Shown here: one piece after another, positions 56,905 to 64,000 of the stretch
How the letters are laid out: every line of letters begins with the position of its first letter
Position numbering within the stretch: the first letter of the stretch is position 1
Assembly: GCA_016699975.1 (NCBI GenBank)
Contig: CP064994.1
Coordinates: 65,222 to 129,221, forward strand
DNA from: Candidatus Moraniibacteriota bacterium
GTDB lineage: Bacteria > Patescibacteriota > Minisyncoccia > Moranbacterales > UBA1568
Length of the DNA stretch: 64,000 nt
Reading direction: 5' to 3'
The notes under the pieces: generated by a model
What the model was told of the DNA's origin: nothing
The model's input: only the letters and a program-made list of their open reading frames with translations
Databases searched by the model: none
Made by a program: the position numbers and the translations under genes

Positions 56905-57681
56905 TCAGGAGTTCAATCCACTCTTCCTTCGAAAGCTCTTCCCGCGCGCATTTTTCGTCTTTCCGCTCTCGATCAGGAAGCGCTCGATACGGTCTTTTGA
57001 AAACATTCGGTGTGCAGCAAAATTATTGGCAAGCGTTTTTCGCTTTGAAGCGAAACCGATTTTGGCGAGACGAAGCACGGCTTCGCGCATTTCGAACGGG
57101 AGACGATTTGAGTGGGGAATAACCTGGAGAATAGCGCTCTCGACTTGTGGCACGGGAAAGAAACTTTCTTTCGGAACGAGAAAGAGGAGCTTTGCTTCTC
57201 CGAAGAGGCTGATCGAAAGTGAGAGGAGGCTTCTCTTTTTATTCTTCTCCACAATGCGTTCCGCTACTTCTTTCTGAACAAGGAGCACGATCGACTGCGG
57301 CGCCTCTTCAAGTGCGGTAAGCTTTCGGAGGATGCTTCCCGTAATTGCGTAGGGAATATTCCCGAATATGGCCCACGGAAGTTGTTGAGAGGAGTATTTC
57401 TTAACGATCGTGTCGATCGAGGTGTGAAGGATATCTCCTTCGAGGAGAGAGACATTCGAAGAAGGAGGAAATTTTTCTCGAAGAATAGGGAGAAGGTCTC
57501 GGTCGAATTCAAGCGCAAGAACATGGTGGGCGTGTCGCGCGAGAACTTCTGTGAGTGCTCCTTCGCCTGCGCCGATTTCGAAAATAGCATGGAACAGGTG
57601 AGCCCTTCCTTCGCTTGCAATTCTTTCGAGAATCGATTGTTCTGAAAGAAAATTTTGACTCAGGTGTTTTTTGGGGAGCAT
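56905..57681 (-). CDS. rsmA: 16S rRNA (adenine1518/1519-N6) dimethyltransferase RsmA/KsgA
   Basis: HLSQNFLSEQSILERIA and the SAM motif EIGAGEGALTEVL match the KsgA pattern. Confidence 0.85.
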   Translation of the reverse strand: MLPKKHLSQNFLSEQSILERIASEGRAHLFHAIFEIGAGEGALTEVLARHAHHVLALEFDRDLLPILREKFPPSSNVSLLEGDILHTSIDTIVKKYSSQQLPWAIFGNIPYAITGSILRKLTALEEAPQSIVLLVQKEVAERIVEKNKKRSLLSLSISLFGEAKLLFLVPKESFFPVPQVESAILQVIPHSNRLPFEMREAVLRLAKIGFASKRKTLANNFAAHRMFSKDRIERFLIESGKTKNARGKSFRRKSGLNS

Positions 57682-57814
57682 AGTAAAGTGTTGAACTGAG
57701 GAAGAGAAGAGAGCTTTTCCCCCTTTCTCTTAGAATTGCTGTACAGATGAATATTGTGAGAGGAGGCAATTTCTCGATCGTTTCCGATCAAACTTTTGCT
57801 ATCGAAAAAAAGCC

Positions 57815-58771
57815 TTAATTGAGAATCTCTTCCACTTTGACAGGAATAATTCCCGCGCCGAGAGGGGCAATCACTTCGAAAGCGACGGCATCGAGATCGA
57901 TAATACGACCCTTTCCGAAGGGACCGCGATCGTTAATTTTGACGATGACGGATTTTCCGGTATCTGTATTGGTGACGCGGACAGAGCTCCCGAAAGGAAG
58001 CCACGGGTTGGCTGCGGCACGTGTTCCGGTGTGTCGGTACCAGGAGCCGAGACCCTCATGTTTTTTGCCGACTTTTACCTTGGTTCCTTGGGTGACGATC
58101 TCAGTAATGGTCTCTTTCTGAAGAGTGCTCTCAAGGAGCTTTCGGCTTTCCTCTCTGCTGTTGTGCGAAACGATACGGTACCGGAGCGTTCGAATGCCAG
58201 GAGCGCCCTTTTGCGTGACTGTACGGGTTCGCCACGAGAGTGTGGAATCTTCTCTTTCTTCTGTTTTAAAAGGAATTTCTTTATGAACTACTTCTTCCCG
58301 AATCTCCACCCGGGTTACCACGAGATCATTCTTTTCTTTGAGGGCGCGTGTTCTGTGGGGAGACACCAAGTCGTCTTGTGTAATTGATATGCCGGTTTCA
58401 GCAAGAAGCGCTTCGATAGTATGGAGAACAGTCTCTCCTTCCTGCTTGGTTCCATCGACTTCGATTGAGTATTTTTTGGATCTCGTGAGGAGGACAGTAG
58501 TTCCAGGGCCGAGTTTCGTTTCTGGCTGAGGAAAAAGAAGATCACTTTGTCCAAAGGGAATACCGGTGCGATCAAGTAACGCTTGTACCGTTTCTCCTCG
58601 GAAAGCATTTTCAGGAAACCATAGTCCGTCGAGGTTGAGAGTAATTTGAAAGGTTTCGGGAGAGGATTGCTCACGAGGCGTTTTCAAGAAGAAATGGAAA
58701 AACGCTCCTCCCGCTGCCAAAAATACGAGGACGAGAAAGAGATACTTGAGAAAAGGGATAGTTTTCTTCAC
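57815..58771 (-). CDS. YabE-like protein (DUF348/G5-type repeats + C-terminal 3D/RlpA-like DPBB domain)
   Basis: An N-terminal TM anchor is followed by the C-terminal GLGSWYRHTGTRAAANPWLPFGSSVRVTNTDTGKSVIVKINDRGPF, a 3D/RlpA double-psi beta-barrel. Its neighbour ksgA matches the B. subtilis yabE arrangement. Confidence 0.65.
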   Translation of the reverse strand: MKKTIPFLKYLFLVLVFLAAGGAFFHFFLKTPREQSSPETFQITLNLDGLWFPENAFRGETVQALLDRTGIPFGQSDLLFPQPETKLGPGTTVLLTRSKKYSIEVDGTKQEGETVLHTIEALLAETGISITQDDLVSPHRTRALKEKNDLVVTRVEIREEVVHKEIPFKTEEREDSTLSWRTRTVTQKGAPGIRTLRYRIVSHNSREESRKLLESTLQKETITEIVTQGTKVKVGKKHEGLGSWYRHTGTRAAANPWLPFGSSVRVTNTDTGKSVIVKINDRGPFGKGRIIDLDAVAFEVIAPLGAGIIPVKVEEILN

Positions 58772-58834
58772 TTCCCTATTGTGCCTTGAAATTTCGAGAG
58801 AGACAACCGGTTAGTTTGATGGAGAAAAATGCCA

Positions 58835-60361
58835 CTACTCCGTTTTGAATCGATACTGGACGGCTTCTGCGAGGTGCTTCGGAGCAAGATCGGTTGCCTC
58901 TTCAAGGTCCGCGATGGTCCGCGCAAGTTTGATGAGGCGATAGTATGCGCGGGCCGAGAGACGCAAAGATGAGACGGCTTGTCGCAAGAGTTCTTTGGAC
59001 TCATGCTCAAGCGGGCAGAGTTCGCGAATGAGCGCTGAATTCATTTCGGCATTCGTAAATATCCCTCTTCCTTCAAGGCGTTTTCGTTGAAGTTCGCGTG
59101 CTCGTTCCACTCGCTTGCGGATATTGAGGCTCGATTCAGCATCTTCGGTCGCCTCAAGTTTGTCGAAAGGAACGCGCGGCACTTCGATATGGAGGTCGAT
59201 GCGATCCATGATGGGACCAGAAATTTTCGCTTTGTATCGGGCAGTTTCCCGAGGTGAGCACGAGCAGAGTCGTTCGGGATCGCTCAGGTTTCCGCACGGA
59301 CATGGATTCATGGCGGCTACCAGGATAAAGCGTGCTGGAAAATGGAGGGATCCTTTGGCACGGGAGACGGTGATGTGTCCGTCCTCGAGGGGCTGACGAA
59401 GATTCTCGAGCACGTTCTTCGAGAACTCGCCGAATTCATCGAGGAAAAGGACGCCTCGATGCGCGAGCGAAATTTCGCCAGGCCGAGGATAGGCGCCACC
59501 GCCCACCAAAGAAACAGCGCTTGCGCTGTGGTGCGGCGCACGAAATGGCCGGGTGGTCACCAGTGTGTTCGATTTGGTTAAAAATCCTGCTACAGAAAAT
59601 ATTTTGGTGATCTCGATACTTTCTTCGAAATCGAGTTTAGGAAGAATGGAGGGAAGTGTTTTCGCGAGAACGGTTTTCCCGCTTCCTGGAGGGCCGCTCA
59701 TGAGGATATTGTGTCCCCCGGCTGCCGCAATTTCGAGGGCGCGTTTCGCGTGTTCTTGTCCGCGCACATCCTTCATATCAAGAAGAAAGGGTTCTTCTTG
59801 GAACAGGGTTTCTAGGTCGGTAGTGGGATGAGAGAGAGTTTGTGTTGTTCCTGAGAGATGTTGTGCGACTTCGCTGAGAGAGTGAACAGGAAAAATGCGA
59901 ATGTTTCGAACCAGGGCGGCTTCCGGTGCATTTTTTTCGGGAACATAAATTTCGGAAAACCCGAGTCTTTCTGCGAGGAGCGCAATTGGAAGAACGCCGC
60001 TTACCGGACGAACTTTGCCATCAAGAGAAAGCTCGCCGATGAAGAGTTTGTCTCGAAAATCAAACTGGAGTTGTTCGGTCGCGAGAAGAAACCCAAGTGC
60101 CATCGGCACATCGTAGACCGGGCTGTTTTTTGGGAGATCGGCTGGAGCGAGATTCACAGTAATGCGCCCGAATCGGTGTGGCGGTACGAAACCACTGTTC
60201 TTGAGGGCGGAGCTGACACGGTCGCGCGATTCTTTGATAGTGGTGTCGGGAAGTCCGACCACGGTAAAATGGTGCATGCCGGTATTGAAGGCATCCACTT
60301 CTACTTCCACAAGTTCGCTGTCGAGCCCGAGAGTCGCAGCGGAAAAAATTTTAGCAGGCAC
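58835..60361 (-). CDS. comM: Mg-chelatase-like AAA+ protein YifB/ComM
   Basis: The ChlI-type N-terminal domain (FSAATLGLDSELVEVEVD) is followed by AAA+ motifs (MSGPPGSGKT, VLFLDEFGEF) and a C-terminal Mg_chelatase_C region. Confidence 0.85.
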   Translation of the reverse strand: MPAKIFSAATLGLDSELVEVEVDAFNTGMHHFTVVGLPDTTIKESRDRVSSALKNSGFVPPHRFGRITVNLAPADLPKNSPVYDVPMALGFLLATEQLQFDFRDKLFIGELSLDGKVRPVSGVLPIALLAERLGFSEIYVPEKNAPEAALVRNIRIFPVHSLSEVAQHLSGTTQTLSHPTTDLETLFQEEPFLLDMKDVRGQEHAKRALEIAAAGGHNILMSGPPGSGKTVLAKTLPSILPKLDFEESIEITKIFSVAGFLTKSNTLVTTRPFRAPHHSASAVSLVGGGAYPRPGEISLAHRGVLFLDEFGEFSKNVLENLRQPLEDGHITVSRAKGSLHFPARFILVAAMNPCPCGNLSDPERLCSCSPRETARYKAKISGPIMDRIDLHIEVPRVPFDKLEATEDAESSLNIRKRVERARELQRKRLEGRGIFTNAEMNSALIRELCPLEHESKELLRQAVSSLRLSARAYYRLIKLARTIADLEEATDLAPKHLAEAVQYRFKTE

Positions 60362-60487
60362 ACGATAAAAGAGAGAGGAATATTCTTGAGCGCGTTTTTT
60401 TGCTTTTTCTTTGCATTATTTTCTCCCTACTTCTTTTATTTTTTTATTTATTGTTGAACGATTCGATACCCATGTTGTTGAGATATT

Positions 60488-60928
60488 TTACTTTTGATTT
60501 TTGGTATTCGTCTCGGCACAAAAAAGAGTGAACAAAAGGAGGACCGCCCCGAGACTAATGCCAACATCGGCTATATTGAAGGCTGGAAAGAAGAATAGTG
60601 GAAAAAAGTCCGGAACACAACCCCAGCGAAGTCGATCGAGAAAATTGGAGGCAGCCCCTCCTCCCAAAAGTGCTATTGCTACCGCCCTCATTTTGTACCA
60701 GGAAGAGCTGTCTCGAATGCCGATTCTGAGAAAAGAGGCAATCATGAGAATGCCAAGAAGTGTGGAAAGAAGGAGAAATTTTTGGGGAATGGGTATGCCG
60801 AAGCCAATCCCCGGATTACAGAGAAGGGGTTTTCCGAGGAGGGCATTTCCTCCTTGAGCACACAAGAAAAAAAATACTCCGCCCAAAAAAGCGGAGTATT
60901 GAAGACGATTTCGAGACATAGAACTCAC
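60488..60928 (-). CDS. lspA: lipoprotein signal peptidase II
   Basis: Carries the NPGIGFG, SNFLDRLRWGCVPDFF and FNIADVGI motifs and four TM helices. Confidence 0.8.
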   Translation of the reverse strand: MSSMSRNRLQYSAFLGGVFFFLCAQGGNALLGKPLLCNPGIGFGIPIPQKFLLLSTLLGILMIASFLRIGIRDSSSWYKMRAVAIALLGGGAASNFLDRLRWGCVPDFFPLFFFPAFNIADVGISLGAVLLLFTLFCAETNTKNQK

Positions 60929-61272
60929 TATTTTACTATGGTCCGCGCGGCGGGATAGGCACGAAGTCGTTCAAGCGGAATTTCCTGTCCACTTTCTTCG
61001 CATATGCCGTAGTTTCCTTCCTCCATTTTTTTGAGAGCGCTCAGAATATCGCGCAGTTCTTGCTCGAGGTTCGCTTCGACTGCGATATTGTCGACGTATG
61101 CTTCGACTTCCGTTGCATTTTCGTCCATGTCGGTACCGATTTCCTCCATGCGAGTTTGATAGTCACCGTCGGCATTTTTGACTGCAAACTTTGAGAGAGC
61201 CTCTTCGATCCGTTTCTTTTCGAAGAGGAGCTTTTCTTTGAGTTCGCTCAGGATGGCGGGGTTGAGAGACAT
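60928..61272 (-). CDS. DksA/TraR-family zinc-finger protein
   Basis: A coiled-coil N-terminus is followed by the C-terminal GNYGICEESGQEIPLERLRAYPAARTIVK, DksA/TraR-like. Its stop overlaps the lspA start. Confidence 0.6.
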   Translation of the reverse strand: MSLNPAILSELKEKLLFEKKRIEEALSKFAVKNADGDYQTRMEEIGTDMDENATEVEAYVDNIAVEANLEQELRDILSALKKMEEGNYGICEESGQEIPLERLRAYPAARTIVK

Positions 61273-61404
61273 AGGAAAATGTTATCGGATACAGGAGAGT
61301 ATACGGCGAGAGTGACGACTTGTAAAGTAAAATATGAATCGGATTTTTCCAGAACGGAGGAGAATTTGCTCAAAAAACTTCTGGGAGCATTAAGCCCCTT
61401 TCAT

Positions 61405-61777
61405 TTAGAAAAACAAATGTTCAAAATGCTGGAAAGATGCTTTGTGGTTCGCGTCAAAGAGAACAGTGACGGCGTCGAAGTGATAGGGGGCGTCGCGTAA
61501 ATTTTTTGATTGCAGAAAGTGTGTTGCGATTCTCTCAAGCTTCCCAAGTTTGGCAGGAGTAAGGTTGTCTTCCGGAAATGTGTTTTTTGCATCACCTTGC
61601 CTTGTTTTTACTTCTACAAAGATGATTACCCCTTCTTTTTGCGCGACAATGTCTATTTCCCCAAGCTGTTTTCCTGTCGGATTTCGATAATTGGTTTCGA
61701 GGATTCTGAAGCCTTTCTTTTGAGATAAGACCCTGCGAGGCGCTCCCCCTTCTTCCCGAGGGACTCGTGGTGGTCAA
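61405..61777 (-). CDS. yraN: UPF0102/YraN-family endonuclease (frame broken by indel in G5/C5 run near 61743-61750)
   Basis: The minus-strand translation GFRILETNYRNPTGKQLGEIDIVAQKEGVIIFVEVKTRQG...PYHFDAVTV matches YraN. Only the N-terminal ~12 codons (MTTTSPSGRRG) are in another frame. Confidence 0.6.
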
Positions 61778-62227
61778 ACAAAAAAGAAAGCGAAGAAATG
61801 ATTATCATAGCTTTATATAAGCAAAAACTCTCATTTCCGACAAGAGAAGAAAAGGCCCTCAGAAAATAAAAAATACCCTCTCGGGTTTTTGGATAGCGGC
61901 ATTGAAAGAGAAAGGAGTTGGTTGCCGGGCGTCATACGCCCGATTAATAATATAATTGGCGAGACGCCCGGCTGATGCGCCAACGCGTGCTTTTGGTACC
62001 TCGCTCCGGGTGAAGAAGCGTTCGTACTACAGACTTCGCGTATTTTGTGCGCATTATTTATGCACTCTTCCGATACTTGAGTGCCGCCCATACCGTATCC
62101 TTGGCATTCGCCGTCTTCGAGATGTTTTCTCATCTCGTTTTTTGAAAGAACTGTGATTTTCTTTTCTTTTTCTTTTTCTGTCTTTAATTTTTGTGCGACA
62201 GATTTTTGTTTTTGTTTTTTTTGTGGT

Positions 62228-62327
62228 GCTCCTCCTCGGATCGAGGAGCGCCCCGAATTTTTCGGGGAGGAACAGTAGGGGGGTTCCAATCGCAAATAGG
62301 GGGAAATTGCGATTGGAGCCCCACTAC
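62228..62327. other. cluster of three consecutive stable hairpins (7-bp, 7-bp, and 21-bp near-perfect stem) in an ORF-poor region
   Basis: The three hairpins are GCTCCTCCTCG-GAT-CGAGGAGCGCC, CCCCGAA-TTT-TTCGGGG and GTAGGGGGGTTCCAATCGCAA-ATAGGGGGAAA-TTGCGATTGGAGCCCCACTAC. Confidence 0.4.
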
Positions 62328-62824
62328 CCTTTCTGAAAGAAGGACAATGACGGTTGGGATTTCCAAAAATTTTTAAAGAGCGTTATTTCACTGGAACAAT
62401 TTCAGTATATCAAAAAAGAAAGTGCGGGTCAATCAAAATTATTTGTGGTTTCGAAGTCTCGTGTGGAGCGGAATTTTTCTTGCTGGAAAATTTTTCTCTC
62501 AACCATGTTCTGTGAATAAAAATCTTGATTTCAAAAAGAAATTTTTTTCTTTTTGGCTCTCTTCCGCCACAATGCCATATCACTTCAAGAAAAACGCCTC
62601 TTCTTTTTCTATTTTTTCTCCATTTGTGAGTCTGGAGGATTTTGAAAAAGGAAAGTGACGTTATTTCTTTTGAAATCTTCACCATCTTTGTCGATGAGGG
62701 ATCCCCTTTCCGGAACTTCTCGGAACGGAATCAGCCTTTCCTCCTTCTTGGTGGGACTCAAGGGATTGTTCGCAGGGAAAGGAAAAAAATCCCTCATTTT
62801 TCCTTGCAGGGCACTCCTTCCTTG

Positions 62825-64000
62825 CTAGAGAGCAGGTTTTTCGATCAGGATGTCCACCAGTGCTTCGGAGGTGTTTTTGCTGGTAGCGATCACGAGGAAG
62901 TCTTTTGCGAGGACGTAATCAAGAGAAAGATTATTTTGAGCAGGAAAATTGAAGTATCGAACCGGCGCCTCTCGATATTTTGCACTCGCAAATACGGGGA
63001 AGGCTTCTGTTGGAGGCTTCTCCACTAAGAGAAGGTTCTTAAGGCTGATCGGAAGAGTTCCTTCTGAAGCGGCGAGAAATTTTTTGGCATCGCTCTTCCC
63101 CTTTATTTTTATGGAAAGGCCAAGACGAGGAGAACCCTTGTCGAGAAAGAGGAAGAGGGTAAAGTTATTTTCGAGACTGTTTAAGAGGTCTCCGGAGAGA
63201 CTGAGATTGAGCACTGATGCGAAGATGAAAAAAGCGATCGGAGTATTTGTTTTATCAACCACGGCAAATGGAACGGGACCGTTCATGCCAGCCTCTTTCA
63301 TGGTTTTTGCATGAGTGAGAAGGCGTTCGCGAATCGTTGATACGGTTTCTGTTTCGACGTCGATAATGAAAGGGTTTGATTTTTCAGCAGAAAAAGGAAG
63401 TTTTTCGAGCGCCTTTTTTTGTTCGAGTGTTGTGAGGGATGTATCAACGGAAATGTCCGGAAGCGAAAAGAAAGAATTTCCCGGTGAATTCGAAGGTTGT
63501 CGTGTCGTCCAAAAATAATATCCGCCCGATGCGATGAGAAGCGCCACTACTGCAGCCAGAAGGAATTTTTTCCATCCCCACCCTTGATCAAATACAATAT
63601 TGTCGGGAAGAGTTTTGGAGCCTGGGGTTTCCGAAACCGAAGTCGCGCGCGGAGGGAGAACAGCACTTTTTTTGGAAGCTTCCTCTATGGGCCAGGTGCC
63701 CGTTCGAAGAGATGCTTCTGCAGAAGGAGTGGGCGGAGAAGAAGGAGGGGTCTCTCTGGAAGGAAGTGTTTTCCTTTCGATTCCGATGGCTGCTGTCTTT
63801 GGGAGTTGGTTGGTGAGGGATTCTTGAGGAGACCTTTGAAATGAAGGGAGATTCAGTGAGGGACTTCGAGGAGGCATGAATGTCTTTGGGGCGCGAGGAA
63901 GCTCTGTTCGAGACGGGGAAGGAAGTGTTGCAGGAGGAGCTTTGGTGGGAGAGGGTTCGAGTGACGGAGTTTTTGTGGTTTCTTGAGTAGGAGGAGTTGG
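62825..64000 (-). CDS. hypothetical membrane-anchored protein with Pro/Thr/Ser-rich N-terminal region (5' partial, continues beyond window)
   Basis: The minus-strand frame is open from 62825 to the window edge. There is one TM segment (LLAAVVALLIASGGYYFW). No recognisable domain. Confidence 0.45.
   Translation of the reverse strand, partial: PTPPTQETTKTPSLEPSPTKAPPATLPSPSRTELPRAPKTFMPPRSPSLNLPSFQRSPQESLTNQLPKTAAIGIERKTLPSRETPPSSPPTPSAEASLRTGTWPIEEASKKSAVLPPRATSVSETPGSKTLPDNIVFDQGWGWKKFLLAAVVALLIASGGYYFWTTRQPSNSPGNSFFSLPDISVDTSLTTLEQKKALEKLPFSAEKSNPFIIDVETETVSTIRERLLTHAKTMKEAGMNGPVPFAVVDKTNTPIAFFIFASVLNLSLSGDLLNSLENNFTLFLFLDKGSPRLGLSIKIKGKSDAKKFLAASEGTLPISLKNLLLVEKPPTEAFPVFASAKYREAPVRYFNFPAQNNLSLDYVLAKDFLVIATSKNTSEALVDILIEKPAL

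Noticed and set aside
61279-61500. 73-aa plus-strand ORF between dksA-like and yraN
   Set aside because: It overlaps the 3' end of the yraN coding frame on the other strand and has no recognisable motif. It is probably spurious.

Overview
This 64-kb window looks like bacterial chromosome with small, tightly packed genes, few Shine-Dalgarno sites and roughly 50% GC, with several AT-rich and GC-rich blocks. The gene content suggests a CPR/Patescibacteria-like or Gram-positive-type organism; that is inference, since no rRNA or tRNA was found to anchor taxonomy. It carries the replication-origin neighbourhood: dnaN and dnaA on the minus strand diverging from rpmH-rnpA-yidC-jag on the plus strand, with a DnaA box between them and a DciA-like DUF721 gene next to dnaN. 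It also holds recombination and repair genes (ruvB, yebC, ruvC, xerC/D-like, uvrD/pcrA, yraN). There is a class A PBP with a long C-terminal extension, a surface-glycan cluster (Wzx flippase, two GT2 glycosyltransferases, two O-antigen-ligase-family proteins), and a housekeeping run (UbiA-type prenyltransferase, ksgA, YabE-like, comM, lspA, dksA-like). Three regions stand out. (1) A peptide-ligase gene set, 3.6-8.2 kb, has a 7TM protein next to a RimK-like ATP-grasp gene fused to a retropepsin-like domain. A second ATP-grasp and a cyanophycin-synthetase-like Mur-ligase follow in an AT-rich block. (2) A GC-rich block of unannotatable minus-strand genes, 12.4-16.9 kb, has a ~70-nt promoter-like repeat upstream of its last two genes and runs into a 2-kb stretch with no long ORF. 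(3) A Gram-positive-type T4SS-like cluster, 35-51.4 kb, has a VirB4 ATPase, a PrgI/VirB3-like protein, a VirB6/TrbL-like protein, a LysM-CHAP hydrolase, very large secreted proteins, a Cys-rich protein with a pilin-like TM hairpin and a CPBP protease, all next to a tyrosine recombinase. Several conserved genes (ruvC, dnaN, dnaA, virB4, yraN) are each broken by a single-base indel inside a homopolymer run. That pattern is most simply explained by sequencing or assembly error rather than real pseudogenes.
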